Assembly (NCBI GenBank): GCA_965240325.2
Contig: OZ251227.1
Span: 744,001-808,000 of the forward strand
Source of the DNA: Rebecca billardiae RCC1528
Taxonomy: Eukaryota; Protista; Haptophyta
Length of the DNA: 64,000 nucleotides
Direction of reading: 5' to 3'
Shown here in pieces: positions 23,212 through 36,543 of this stretch. Position 1 is the stretch's first letter; each line of letters starts with the position of its first letter. Under the pieces are notes generated by a model, which was not told the origin of the DNA, searched no databases, and worked only from the letters and a program-made list of their open reading frames with translations. Both the position numbers and the translations under genes were made by a program.

Positions 23212-26200
23212 CATTGCGTTAATTTCTTGTGGGGCGAAACGAGTGTTCGCGAAAAAGGGAGGCTCTCGAAAATCACGAAAGCAGTGCTCCCATTGGCCGA
23301 AACGAGTGAACCATGTCACCCACATTTTGAGTAAAGTCCCATGAAAGACAATGAAAACTGAGCAGGTTGGAATCAGAGTCTCGCGAAAGCACTAATCATG
23401 TCAGCGAAGCAGAGGCCAAAGGCACACACGTCCAAAGCCGTAGATCCTGCAGGGAGGAGGCCGGGGGGCGACGACGAGTCCGGCGTATCAGAGGAACACT
23501 TTTGCGCGATTTCGTCAGACGAGAGCGCTCACGCTTCCTTGATGGCGTTGAGTGCCAGCGGGATGTTGCAGGTCGTCGTTCATGAGCGTGGCGAAGGGAG
23601 CGTCCAACCCATGCTTATCTGCGCCCGGCTGCGTGGCCCTCTCCGTCTCGGTCACCGCTGCGCTGCACCACACCCTCTCCGCTGCCCGCTGCTGCAGGCC
23701 GACTGCGGCAGGCGGACTTGAGGACGCCGACGCCACAGGCCGACGAGGCGGCTACCGTCAGCCACGACCACTATGTGGAGGCACGTGCTGTGCCATCCGT
23801 GCCGCGTGCAGCGGCGGCTGGAGCGCGGCAATCGCAGCCCGCCACGGCCTCGCTGGTGGCAGCGCATGCGCTGCATGCGGCATCAGAACGGCGCAGGCCC
23901 GGCGCGCCGGCGCTGTCGGTCGCGCTCGCGCTCGCCACTCAAGCAGCGGCGCCGTGATCGGTGATGGAACGGTGTGCCTGCTGGCCATCTGCGCGCAAGG
24001 CGCGGGGTCCTCGTGCAGAGCATGTCGACAGGCCGACAGTCAAGTAGGCGGAGGGTGCTTACCCGGCTCGGCGGTGAGCCTCGCCCGCGACTGCGCACAT
24101 GAGGAGCGCGCGTGCATATCCACGGCGCATTGGGCGGCAGCTGGAGTGGCGCAGCCACATTCTGCCGCAGCGCCGCCCCGCGCTTCCACGCTGGCAGACG
24201 CGGCTTCGAACCGCCTCCGTCGCCGCCTCCACCGCAGCATGATTGGGATCCGCCGGAGAAGAACGACCGTGTCGCGCGCGGCCAGACCGCCATCATCGGC
24301 GCGCGGACGCGGACGGCGGCGGGGCCGCGGGTGTGACTCGCGGATGTATGCCGCCATCATGGTCTGTGACACTGCCTTCGGATGCCACGGGACCGAGTGC
24401 CGTCAATGACTGCGCGGGCCAAGGCCGCGGCCGGGCGACGCCTGCGCCGGCCACGCCGCCGCCGTCAGTCAGCTGTCCGACGACACCTGATCTGCGGTCG
24501 ACGCCGGTCCCGCGGGCGCGGTGGCCTCGCCCTCGGACTTTTGACGAGCGCAACGGCTCGTTTTCTACATCATCACATATACGCTACTTGCAGCATCAGC
24601 GCGGCCGCGGCGTCCCCGTGGCCGTCTACTGCGTCATGCCGTCCGAGGCTGCTGAGTCTGATGACGATGACCTCTTTAGTCAGACCGTGCTGCCCGCGCG
24701 GGCCGCGCCGTTGATATGGTCCGGGATGTCGTCAATTGTCGATCGACACTGATGAGTGCGTCCGGCCGCCGTAACTTTAGTCTCCGACGACTCTGACTCC
24801 GCCGAGTAATTCTAACAACAATGTAGTTATGGCGGCTGTCCGAGTCCCCGGCCGCGTCGACGTAGTGACGAACTCCGACGCTGCATGATTGATCTACTAT
24901 GCTGATGCCAATCGTCGTGAGTGAGCCTGGTGTGAGTCGTGGTGAGCGCCGCCAGCAGGCGTCGACTGACGAGCCGCCAGCAGGCGTTGACTGACGAGCT
25001 GCGTACTACAGTATGACGAGACGACAGTAATCGTCAGTATAGCTGCTGACACTAGACACTGTGATGTGATTATGATCACGTCGCCGCCGCCGCGCCGCTC
25101 GCCGGGAAGCAAGCACGTGCTCGATCACTCGATCAGCGTGGCGGAGAACCGCCTTACACTGCAGCAGAGTCACCGTATTTAGTCTGCTGCTGTCTGAATC
25201 TGATGCCATGCGAGGCACGCCGTGACGCCGCGGGCCGCCGCCGGTCGGCACGCGCGCCGGGTGAGGCACGCCGTGACGCCGCGGGCCGCCGCCGGTCACG
25301 GCACACGCGCCGAGTCACTCCGCGCCGGGTGCCCTGCCCCAGTACTACGTACGATATTATTCACTTTTAAACCGTAGGGCCGCAGGCGCTGATGAGCCTG
25401 TCAGGAATATACACGACTATACGACTACGGCATGCATGGTGATTGAAACGGAAGATCGAAGTGACTCCGATGAGACGTATGAGTGAGGATCGAATCGGAT
25501 GAGCCCGCTATTCTGGGTGCCTCAGGCTGGCAGCCGTGGCCGTCGCGCGGAGCCCGACGCCAGCGCACTACGTCGTGGGCGCACGGATCTAAAAACCACT
25601 AGCTCGACGCTGCACGGGAAAAGTGGCGGTGCCCGGCGGCGCACAGACGCAGACTGCTATCATGATTATCAGAGCACGTTCTCACCGCCGGGCAGCACTG
25701 CACGAGAATAGTGCCGCGGCGGGGGTGCCTGTCGGCGCGGCGCACAGACACTATGATCATCGGATGATCATCGGAGCACGTTCTCACCGGGCAGCACCGT
25801 GGGATGGCCGTTATCGCCCTAGTCTTGGGCACCCCGGACCTGTACAGCAGCAGCCACCGCAGCTTCTTCCGCGCCTCGCCTCGTCGTCGGTGTTGAATGT
25901 GACTCGCGGCCGGCGCGCTTGGCAATGATGGCGTCACCAGCCGCCTCCGCGCAGAAGTGGCTTCGGTCAAAGTACACCAGCCTTGGCAAGGCAATGGGCT
26001 CTGACGGTGCTCCCGACCTGACTGCACCACCCATGCTGTCGAGCAGTGACTGCGGCTGCAGGGAGCACTGCAAGAAGAGGTAGGACTCGATGCCCGCCAT
26101 GCCCGACCCATCCATTTCCCGCTCGCGCGGGTTCTCGAGCGACGAGATGATCAGGGGCAGGGCGTGGCGGTGTTGATGGCCGCGCGAGAACTGGTTGATC

Positions 26201-26696
26201 ACGAACCTGCATGAGCTGACCACCGCATCTGTGGCTGCGGACACTCTGTTCGCTTCACGTGCTCCGCGCTGCGGAGCGCGGACTCCAACTGACCGGCCCG
26301 CCGCGCACGAGCAATTTACCGCGCAGCACCCGCTGGTCTTGGGCAACGGTCAACGCCCAGCCGCGTCCATCACCTTACTGCTTGGCGCCATTCTGCCACG
26401 CCGTGTTCGGACCGCAGCCCGAGCTGTAGTAGCGAGCAGGTGTTCGACCGGGAAAGGCCAGGGCGCCAGCTTCACCTCCCCTCGGTGGCTCGGTCGGAAC
26501 TGGCGGAGCTGGAGCTGGTCCTCGAAGCGCGACGATGGGAAGATTGAAGAGTCCCTGCGGACCTCCCTATTACGGGAATCTTGCGCTCTCGAGCGCTATT
26601 GAAGGGTGTTAAAGCCTCAGCCAATCAGGGGCGGCCATGTTTTTTCCTCGACGTCTGCCAAACACTCGTTTCGGCCCACCTCAGATTAACGCAATG
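23212..26696 (+). mobile_element. Non-autonomous TIR element, family A, copy 2 (3485 bp)
   Basis: CATTGCGTTAAT...ATTAACGCAATG ends, GG on both flanks, near-identical to copies 1 and 3. Confidence 0.88.
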
Positions 26697-26782
26697 GGAA
26701 CCACGGCCTCAGTACTAGTCAGTGGCACTGGCAGAATTTAAATCAATTATAATGACCGCGTTCCGCAGTCCTCTTCCGTCAG

Positions 26783-28127
26783 AACCAACGTAGTTGGGGG
26801 CCCGCGGCGCAGCTGTGCTGTCACCCACGTTGAGCACACAATATACGCGCAGTATCCCAAGGCTCGCAGTCGTCGGGTGAGGACTGAGGTCGGGCCGCGC
26901 GGCGCGCGCGGCCGGCTGGCCGCGTGGTGGGTGGTGCGAGCATTCAGGTGGGGGCAGCAGAGCTTCGCAGGATGCTGATTCGCAGCTGCCAGAGCGTGCG
27001 CACGGCGTCTACCCGGCAACTTGGCGGCCGCTCGCGTCTGAGCGCACAGCGCGCTCCAGCCGCAGGCGCAGAGCACCGTGACTGCCATCGGGTGCCACGG
27101 TTGAACGCGTGGTCGGGCCACAGGCTACTGGTGGGCGCGCAAGCGGTGCCTAGCTGGCCCGCGGCCTCGGTGGCGTCGCGCACCACGCCTCCCGGCCCGC
27201 ACCATCCTTCGGTGCTCGCACCAGACTGGCTCGACAGGGGCACCCGGGTGCGCACATGGGCCCCGGCGAGCCCGCGGCGAGGATCCGCGTTCGCGGGCGC
27301 TTGCGAGGGAATTTCGGGGGTCGGAACCGCTCGGGCGGGACAGTGCCACCTGCCCCGCGAGGCGCGCACCCGCAAATCGCGACACGACACCCCGACTGGC
27401 CGCCGCGTGGCGGCGGCGGGCTAGGCCGTACGGTTTTGCCTCCGCGCCAAAGCAGGCAGGCGGATGCCCGAGCGGCGAGCAGGGCGGTCGGCCGCAGGAG
27501 CCGGGCCGCCTGCGAGCTGAAGGACGAGTTGGCTCCACCTCGGCTTCACGCCGGTGGCCAGCTCGCGCTCGTGCGCCCAGCAGCCCGCCCCCGGGCGTCG
27601 GGGGTCGGCTCGGCGAGGGGCGCGAGGGGGTCGCCTTCGCGACGCCTCGTCTCCCGGATGTACTGTCGTACAAAACGCGGGGATGACACGCGCCGCGCGC
27701 GCCCCCTCCGGCTCCGACTAATACGGATAGCTGCGGCGGGTATTTTTCAATGTCTCGCACTATTGGAGTTGGTTGGACGATTATGTCAACGGTCGTTCTT
27801 GGCATCTTGCGGCGGCGAGGCCATATTATTTTACTATGGTCACACTACATTAACGAGAGTCTACCCACAATTACCCAGCCTGGCACACTTGGGCGTGGGT
27901 TTCGTTGATGATTCCTCTGTTCACTATTCAAGACGGCGGACGCGACCTTTTTCGACGCTAATCCATGTGTAAGGAGGTCTCAAAAAATCGAAACTCGGTC
28001 TCCTCCACTCTGGAAAACACCGCCCAGTCCCTTTTTTCTTTGATCAAAGATCTTTTTGAAACGTGGTTAGGGCCCACGGAGCGGGCTCCACGCTGCGCGT
28101 TCCGCCCTGCACCGCGGGCCATAATAA
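26783..28127 (-). mobile_element. Helentron/DINE-1-like non-autonomous rolling-circle element (putative)
   Basis: Subterminal IRs GGCCCGCGGCGCAG (26799-26812) and CTGCACCGCGGGCC (28107-28120). A partial inverted copy at ~28070-28086 forms a hairpin with one subTIR. Stem-loop CCAAC-GTA-GTTGG (26785-26797) lies just outside the other. Minus-strand TT at both ends. Confidence 0.5.
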
Positions 28128-28459
28128 GTACTACAGTCTTAAATAGTCATCAGTCTACTTATAAGGAGTCTGTCGACTCAGACTGCGCGGGGCATTAGCA
28201 GCCTAATGATTAGCGGCCGCCCGCCGCGATTCGGATCAACGACTATCAAGTTGGCGCGCGGCTGCTAAGTCAGTGAGTCAGTGTCAGTGACAGTGTGACG
28301 ACCGCCGCTGCCAGCCGATCGAGTTCGACTCCGAGTCAAGTCACTCAGTCAGTAGTCACTCAGTGGGCGACCGACGGAACTGTCATCAATGATGATGAGT
28401 GATTATTCGAGGCTGACTCGCGACTCTGACGATCAGCCATTGATTGTCATTGACAATCT

Positions 28460-31092
28460 CACAGTGCAGGATTGGAATTTTCCGTGACGCTTCGGACGGT
28501 CCGCAGCTCGAGTCAGCGAATCCGGTCTCGGCCGGACAGTGGAACTCGGGTGGAAGCCGCGACTTCGCGGCGGACGGAGCCTCAAACGAGCGGTGCCTCG
28601 GCTCGCGGCGCGATCTACTCGGCGAAGACCGACGAGGCTGCTCGCGGGCCCGACTATGCGTCGACGCGGGCTGGGGTCGTCTTCCGCGTGGCGCTGGGCA
28701 AGTTCCTCGCCGCCCTGACGGGTGCTCTCCTTTCGCCCTCACGGCGCGCGCGGTGCGTTTCGCGAGCTTCTTGCATGCACCGCCCGCGGTTGCGCCCGAG
28801 CCTGATGCTTCAGTCGACACGGCAGGTGGCTCGCGCAGGGTGGGATTGTGTGCGGGTGCCGCTGGCGGTGCGTCTCACCCTCCTGAAATTGTGTGGGAGG
28901 CTGTGACATTGCACGCGTACACCCCGCCACGCCCGCGGCCCGCCCGCGCAAACGCCGCGCCGCGCAGTTGTCTTTGACCTCGAGCGAGCCTGAGGCGTGG
29001 AGGCGACCGACGGCGGGGTGCGACTTGCCCACCGACCCGAGCCGCATCACCCAGCGCAGCCTCGCCCGCGACGACGCTTCGCCTGGCTGCCACTGCTCAG
29101 CCGCGTGCAAGGCGGGCTGGGCGACGTCTTTGCCGAGCGCGGCTGCAGCGCAGCACGCGAGAGGCTGGAGCGCCATGACGCGGATGGCGGAGCGGGCTTT
29201 GGGCTGGCTGGCATGAGCCGCCAGGCTGTACCGTCCGCGCAGATCGCGCTCGGCCCGGCCGCAGCCCTCCTGAGCGCGCGCCTCAGAGCTGAGACTGATC
29301 ACGTGCACGCGCACAAGCCACACTGCCGTGGCTGTGTCGAGCAGCTGCGTGTGCTCGAGGCGCGGCGCTCGCACGGGCCACGCGGGCGCAGCGGGTGCGC
29401 GTAGCTGGCGCACGCAGTGCCACGTCCTGCCGCGCCAGTTTGGCGGCCGTCCGCCCCCCCGAGCTCGAGTTCTGCGCGCTTTGCGACGGCGCGGCCGGCC
29501 GCGCCCATCTTCATGCTTGGGCACGCCAGCATGGCCGCCGCCGGGCCTGCTGCGCGCGCCGAAGCTGGAGGGCGGAGGAGGGCGCTGGGCTGCTCCTACG
29601 GCGTGCTGCAGCCCGGGCAGGCTTTTCCGCGGCGCGGCGAGGCCGTCGCGCCTGCTCGCCGCCGTCGAGTCGCCCGTGCTGAGTGACCGTCGGCCGCATG
29701 TGCTCGGCGGCACCGCAGGCAGGCGTCCCATACCAGTGTGCTCGAGCCGCTGCGCGCACCCAAGGCGAGCTGCTCGAGCGGGCTAGGTGGGCCCACGGAG
29801 TGCGCGCAGCTGGCGCACGCAGCCCCGCGTCATGGGGTGTCGGTTTGACGGTCGCCAGCCCCCGTGGGCTCGAGCTCTGTGCGCTTCACCACAGAGGTGC
29901 CGACGGCGCCCCGCGGCGCGCAACGGCGTGGCAGCATGGCCGCCGCCGGCGCCGCCGCACATGCCGCCGCTTACGGGCAGTCGAGAGCTTGGGGCAGCAC
30001 CTACGGCATGCTGCAGCTCGGGCGGGCTCTGCCAGCCTGCTGTGGCGTGATCGCGCATTTTCCAGACCGTCGACTCGCCCGCGCTGCATATTTGTTTGCT
30101 GCGCGTGCTCGACGGCGCCGCTGCTGCCGCTACGGCCGCGCGTTGCTGCGTCGCGAGCGAGCCCGATGCGAGCTGAACGGCGGCGTGCTCATCGCTGCTG
30201 GCGCAGATGGGCGCGTCATGGTGGCCACGCACGATGCTGAGTGCTCGCGCGTGCCAGACGAGGCGCGTGCTCGCGCTGTGGCTCAATGTCCGGCAGTGCG
30301 CGTGGCAGGCCGCAGCTGCTCGACAACAGAACCAGCGGGCAGTGATCGGGCTGCGCGCGCGCAGCTGATGGCGGCGAACGAGCGAGCCCGCACCGCCGCG
30401 CAAGGGCTGGGCGACTGGCGCCGAGGTGGCGCGCACGTCGTCCGCTGCCGTTGGCATCGCGGCGGACGCTTCAAGCTCGTTCGGCCGGCGTGTTTTCTCC
30501 GACGCCCACCTGCGAGCGCTGCCGGCACCGTGCTCGGGCGTCAGTATCGGTGGGCTCGAGCACGCGTGGTGAGGCGCTCGGAGCGGTCGACGGCCATGAT
30601 CGGGCAGCGCACGGTGGGCGCAGGCCACGCGCACGCCAGCGCCCCGCGTGGCGTGGCTTCACGGGGCGCAGCCACCAGGAGACTGTGCTGCGACGAGCTC
30701 GGGCGCGCTCGGGCGCCGCTGCTCTGCATTTTCCCGAAAAATCGGTTTTCGTGCCCTCGACCGGCGGTATGCCGCCGGGGTGGCCGCAGCTGCGCTCGGA
30801 GCAGCGCGCACGGGCACCGCCGTGTGCGCCCGCCCGCTTTCGCCGCCGCCGAGCTCGAGCACAGCGCTGCGCGGGGCTGCGTAATGCCAACGGCGCATGA
30901 TTTTTTGCCCGCGCCGAGCGCGCGTCGGCGCGCGCAGCGCGCTCAGGTGTGGCCTGCTACCAAGGTCTGTGCCACGATTCGACGCGCCTATGGTGCGCCG
31001 AATTTAGGCGCACCGCTTCAGAATTGTCCGATGATTCGACTAGTGGTGCGGACAACTTAAAACGTCACCCTGAGCAGTTTTCCGGCACTGTG
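28460..31092. mobile_element. Non-autonomous CACAGTG-ended DNA transposon (CMC/Transib-like termini), 2633 bp
   Basis: Left CACAGTGCAGGA-N12-GTGACGCTT-N6-GTCCGCA; right (rc) CACAGTGCCGGA-N12-GTGACGTTT-N6-GTCCGCA. CT on both flanks (possible 2-bp TSD). Internal diverged ~410-bp duplication (~29390 and ~29800). Confidence 0.75.
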
Positions 31093-31624
31093 CTGCGACT
31101 CTGTCTCTGAAATCGTGCGACGGCGCAGGACACGGGTTAAGGTACTGGCTCATAGCTACTCACGCTGAGTCACGTACGATCTAACTAGACGCTCCGTTCA
31201 CGAAGTCTGACTGAGTAGTGGCACCGTCGGCACTGAATGCTGAACTGGCTGAGTGTCCGCGACCGAGTCCGGGCATGAACCGCTCCCCCGCTCCGGCGGG
31301 GGAGTTCACACTTCATATATATATATGCCAATCAATAGTCATGCAGCGGGCCGCCGTGCCAGTCAGTGACTCAGTCACAGTGCTGTCATGCCGCGCAATT
31401 TATAATTATTAATAATTATACAGCATATATATATAATAAACTGTGCCCTGGCGGGCGGGGGGCCCGGCGGGCGGGGGTCGGCGGGCCGTGCCAGTGCTGT
31501 CGCAATGTTTCCTCTGCGGGTTCGCGTCTGCTTTCCACATTCGCGCGTGGCCGTGGGTGACGGACAGTCCGACGAGGGCGAGGACCAGTGACACCTGAAG
31601 TTCTCCCACGTGTACACGTCTGTA

Positions 31625-32190
31625 CTATGTGCGCATCAGCGAGGCCCACACCCACGAGGGAATGTGCAGCACGCGGGGCGGGGCGGGTAGGCCGTTGCTC
31701 CGCGCGAGCGCGGGTACGCGCTGTGTGTGCCGCATCTCGACCGCGATGGCGTAATCGAGCGCCTCGCCGCCGACGAAGCCGCCAGAGTAGATCATGTGCA
31801 TGTCCTCCTGCCGCCAGCCGAGAGCGGTCGTCGCGAGGATGCTTGCCGATGTCCGCTCCGGGCATGATGGGCTCGGCGCGGGTCGCGTTGACATCGTACA
31901 CGGCCGCCACGCTGAGCACGAGCGCGTTGACGTTCAGGCGGTCGTCGCTCTTCGCCTCTTCGACAGGTCTGGCGCCCGCGTGTTTGGCGGCACGAGGAGC
32001 TGTTGGTTGTGCGCGCGCGCGCGCACAGCGACAGCGTGTGCCACCCGCGATCGAGAGTGGGCACGAGCTGCTCACGCGGGCACACGAATCGCAGCGCATC
32101 CTTCACAGGCGTGACGACGTCCGCCTCGTCCCGCAGCGCCTGCGCCATGGACGAGGATGGCGCGGCGATGTTGCATGCTCGACGTTTCAT
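31625..32190 (-). pseudogene. Frameshifted coding relic, possibly Ulp1-like protease N-terminal part
   Basis: Coding-like segments in three frames (MAQALRDEAD..; EEAKSDDRLNVNAL..; DMHMIYSGGFVGGEALDYAIAV..LHIPSWVWASL). The family resemblance is weak. Confidence 0.25.
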
Positions 32191-32490
32191 CTCTCCGCGG
32201 ATGGCATCACGGGCTTGTCTGTGTCGCGCTGCGGCGAGGGTCGCCAACTCGCGAAGACGCGGTTGCTGCCACGGTGACAGACCCGGGAGGTGCGTCCGCT
32301 GCGCGTCGTACGCCGTTGGCGCTGCGCTTCCGTCGCATTGGTCACCGTCGACGCCATGCACGCCGGACGTGGGCTTTCGGCTGAGGGACCGCCACTTCGC
32401 GAGCGACAGTCCGGTACGAGTCTCGGACCAGATTGGCAGTAGACAAGCTCGAGTTGAGAGTACGGCGTCGTCAATCTCGCCTGCCTGAGC

Positions 32491-33995
32491 TGTTAAATTC
32501 CCCTTTATAACGGGCTCCGGGTGATCAGACTGGCGGCCGAAGCCTCCAGCCCTACCCTGGCCAGCCCCCAACCAACCACCACCCTCACCCAACCTCAAAC
32601 CACTGACCGATACACCAAGTGCCTTGACACCACTCCGCTGTGGACAGCCCGCCTCCAGAGGGGGCGGGGGTATGCCATTGCCGACAGCATACAAGCCCAA
32701 CACTGTGGGGTGGTCCCAGGTACCAGCAGTGCACTGCCTTGCAATTCGAGATCATCGAGTTTGAGCCGAGTCGGCAGACTGGGCACCCCTTAGGGTGCCC
32801 CAGTGTGGGCAGAGGGCCAGCCACTAGCCGATCCCTGCGCGGGGGAGGGGACGGAGGGGGCTGTCAGCGAGCCCAGTACGGCTGGGCCGGGGTCTGGGCC
32901 ACTGGTCCTGGCAGTGAGGCGCCTGTATTTCACTCGTGCTGCTATGGAGGCAGATGGTGTCATGTCAGACATGTGTGCGATATCGGGCATCAAGTCAGGG
33001 CGTGGGCCGCTGTAGGAGGCAAGCAGAGTGGTGGCGATGGCTAATACGCCTGGGGAGGAGTCGTTTGCGCGCCTCTTTCTGCTGCTCTTTGCAGGGGGTT
33101 GCATACTTCGCTGTGCAGGCTGAGCCTGCCTGCCAGTTGGTGTTAGGATAGGCACATTTGCCTGGCGGGGTGGGCAGTGTCGTTTGGGCGGGGGGCTGTC
33201 TTGCTGAGCTTGACTAGGAGGAGGCAGCCTGCGCCTGGGGGCTGCCAGTGTCTTGGCAGAGCCAGCAGGTGGCTGTGTGGCCTGCTGTCCAGTGTCTGAT
33301 TGTGTAATGCCGTTGTGAGCTCCGTGACCAGTGTGACTGCCCGCAGCAGGATCTGCCTCAATCTCAGGGCCCCCATGTGTCAACACATTGTCCGACGGAC
33401 GCACATCGCGGCGAGCCAGTGGGGTAACATATTGGAGCGGCCATGCCACAAGAGGTGTCAGGTGTGGCAGGCTGCAGAGGCCACGCAATCACCATAGGGA
33501 GGGGGCGAGCACGCTGTAGGGGCCATGCCCGCAAGAGTAGCTGAGGGCGCACGTGGTGACCGCGCGCTATTGGCTGGTGCAGGTTGGCCTGCCCCGCGCC
33601 TGCCTGCCAGCCCTGGCCAGCCTGGGCAGGGGGTTGCTGCTGGATGACAGGTGGCCCCTGTAACTGATTATTCATGGCAATCGCCCCTCCTGGGCCTGCC
33701 TGTGCCTGTGGGGGAGGGGGCTGCCCCCCCTGGTCGTGCCCAGGCGGCGGCCGAAGCTCCCTGGCATGTCGAAGGAGACGCCCTGCCTTTGACAGCTGGG
33801 AGTCCACGTCCTTGCGGGCCTGCATGATGCCTAGCCCTGCCTTCAGTAAGGCCACGTGCATGCTCCTGCCGAGATGCACGTTGCCCCCCACAGTGGTCTT
33901 CAGTGTGCTGGGCACCCTGCCCAAGAGGGCAGCCCCAGAGCACACATGTCGCGCCAAGTTCCATTCTGTGCGTCTCTTATTCTTAGTAAACTGTA
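32491..33995. other. CpG-depleted, TpG/CpA-rich island; probable decayed repeat
   Basis: Abrupt dinucleotide shift relative to CG-rich flanks, short AT-rich borders, ORFs broken by stops. Confidence 0.5.
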
Positions 33996-34064
33996 AGGAA
34001 GGGTTGGCCGGTTGGGGGCAATTTTCACCAGGATCGGGGATCCCGCCCGAGTTCCACGCCGCCC

Positions 34065-34946
34065 ATGAGCACCGAGCACGGATCGCGCGCAGCATGCGCA
34101 CTGATCGTGGCGCTGGCGAAGACGGTGAGCGTGCGGAATCTCTCGCTCGTGGAGCCGACACAGCCGCTGCCCTCGCCCACGCCTGGCTTTGCTGCATACG
34201 CCGCTACCCATGTCGCATCGCTCATCATTCCGTTCATTCTGCTGTTTCGCGTGAGTGCAGCCACGCTGTGGACGGTGGCACTCATCTGCGCGTACCGCGA
34301 TCCAAGTAAGGCGACGATCACGCACCGTGAGCGCAAGGTGGACGTGCGGCATCTCGGCCGCTTCGTCACGTTCACGCTGTGGTGCAACTGCCTGCTCTGT
34401 GCGTACTGGTGGTCGAGCTCCGCTGCCGTGGCGTTGGAGTGGCTCGGGATGGGCGTCCCCACGCGCCTTCATGCGTGCACCCAGGCGCTGTGGGCCGTAT
34501 GCTTCCCGCTCTCGTGGCTGGTGGCGATCGTCGTCTCGTACGTGCTCATCCCTGCCGGCCGCACCACGCAGCCCGAGTGGGTCCGCGTCTGCCTCCAGTG
34601 GCGCGCGCTGGTGTTCCACAACGGTGCCGTACTCGCGTGCACCATCGACTGTGCGCTCGCCCGTCCGCCGATGGCGTGGACGAGCTGGCCACTCGTGCTT
34701 CTTTTCGGCACGACGTACATCGTCTTCTCGTGGCTGCTCTATCAGCGGCTTGGCGTGTACTGTTACTTCTTTCTCGATCCGTACTACCGTTGGGCGCCCC
34801 TCGCCTACCTCGGCCTGCTCGGGCTGACGTGCGGCTGCTCGATGGCGTGCGTCGCCCTCACGGCCTGGCTCGAGCGCGCGAGCTGGCCACTCGCGTGCAA
34901 CGCAGCCGTCCTTGCAGCAGCACTTGCCACATGCACATGGCGCTGA
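34065..34946 (+). CDS. Multi-pass membrane protein, FAR-17a/AIG1-like
   Basis: FVTFTLWCN, LVAIVVSYVLIP, LVFHNG, YCYFFLDP; about 7 hydrophobic segments. Confidence 0.7.
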   Translation: MSTEHGSRAACALIVALAKTVSVRNLSLVEPTQPLPSPTPGFAAYAATHVASLIIPFILLFRVSAATLWTVALICAYRDPSKATITHRERKVDVRHLGRFVTFTLWCNCLLCAYWWSSSAAVALEWLGMGVPTRLHACTQALWAVCFPLSWLVAIVVSYVLIPAGRTTQPEWVRVCLQWRALVFHNGAVLACTIDCALARPPMAWTSWPLVLLFGTTYIVFSWLLYQRLGVYCYFFLDPYYRWAPLAYLGLLGLTCGCSMACVALTAWLERASWPLACNAAVLAAALATCTWR

Positions 34947-36097
34947 GCCGCCAACCGGGTCCGGTGCCAGCCCCCTGACTGTGGTGACGAGCCCAGGCTA
35001 GAGTAGCTAGCATAATAGTGCCCAAACGGCCCAAGTCCTAGCCCTAGCTAGGTCATGCATCGATCATACACCATACTGTCCATACTTCGACCGCTGCACC
35101 TGCGCCATCAGCCCTGCTCACCCTGCTGGCCTGCCGAGATTGAGACGGCGCGTCTGCTTATTGAGCGGCGCGACTCCGAAGACAATCTGAATAAGCTAAA
35201 GAGTCGTGATGCGCGTCACCGTTCCGTGGCGTCGTTCACAGCACGACATTGTCACGACAACGCGGCAGCCATGAGCGCGCGGAGCCGCGCTACGGCGCGG
35301 GCCCGCGAAGCGCTCGCTGCTCGGTCAGGGATCAGTCGGTGCCTGCCGCAGCCGACAGCCGTGAGCCGCGTGCATGCCGCCTCCAGCCATCCAACTGTGC
35401 AGAGTTCGAGCAGAGCGGCAAGTGCGCACGCAGGCGTGCCCGTGAGACGAGCACTGCGGCCGGCACGCCGCACGGGGGAGTCGGGGACGGCAGGTCAGTC
35501 AAAGTGAGGTCAGACCGTCTGTCTGTCGAGTGTCGGCAGGAGGACCAGCCGCTAGCTACCATCACGAACTAGGCTACCAATAGCGGCTGAGACTGCCATC
35601 TGACATCCTGCCCTGCCCCCTCGCCCTCCCAGGCTGGGGCTGGGGCTGGGGGCTGGGGCGTCACAGCAGGTCCAGGTGCGAGGGCCGAGGCGTGCAGCGC
35701 CGCAGGTTTATTTAGATCGCGCTACTGTACAGCAGCTCAAGCTGGGCTCATGCAGATTGTCATGCTTGTCATTGCTCATCGATATATCGCGGAGCGGGCA
35801 CGGTCGCGGGTCGTCGGCGGTGCTTCACTGCTCTGCCATCACACTGCGACAAATAACACCAATGCGTAATGCCGACCGCCGATACACCGTTCGGATCCTG
35901 AACGAAATGTTTAGCACTATAAGTAAGCGGAAAGGGCAATGTGATCAAGGCTCTGGCGTTGAAAGCGCGAGAGTCCGGAGGCGCACCGCACCGTGTAGTT
36001 TGGTAACTCTTTGGACGCTGCTGAGTGCTGAAAGTTTTCCTCGCAGTTTTCCTTGCACCCGCGTTCTGACTCCCGCAATGTAAATCGCACTAGAAAC

Positions 36098-36099
<2 letters not shown>

Positions 36100-36154
<55 letters not shown>
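36100..36154. repeat. (CA)n microsatellite
   Basis: Directly visible. Confidence 0.95.
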
Positions 36155-36157
<3 letters not shown>

Positions 36158-36426
36158 ATTACTACGGGCAGGAAGACCTTGGATTACAACCGCAATCAAA
36201 TATTATCAGCGGAGTGATACAGTCAAATGCATTATCTTTTCACACCTAAAGCCACCCACACAATATCCAGCCGAAATCCTGCCGCGCGCGCATTACATAT
36301 CTTTTTTTGATTTGCGGACTCGCACAATGTGCGCCGCTGCCCATCCCCCGGCTTTCGCTCACGCTCAGCTTTTTGAGTTTGGGGGGGGGGGGGCAATGGA
36401 GGATACGCTGTAGCTAGTATCGCTAG

Positions 36427-36543
<117 letters not shown>

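Noticed and set aside
29864-31060. 398-aa ORF as the transposase of the CACAGTG element
   Set aside because: Low-complexity Arg/Ala sequence with no DDE or zinc-finger pattern.
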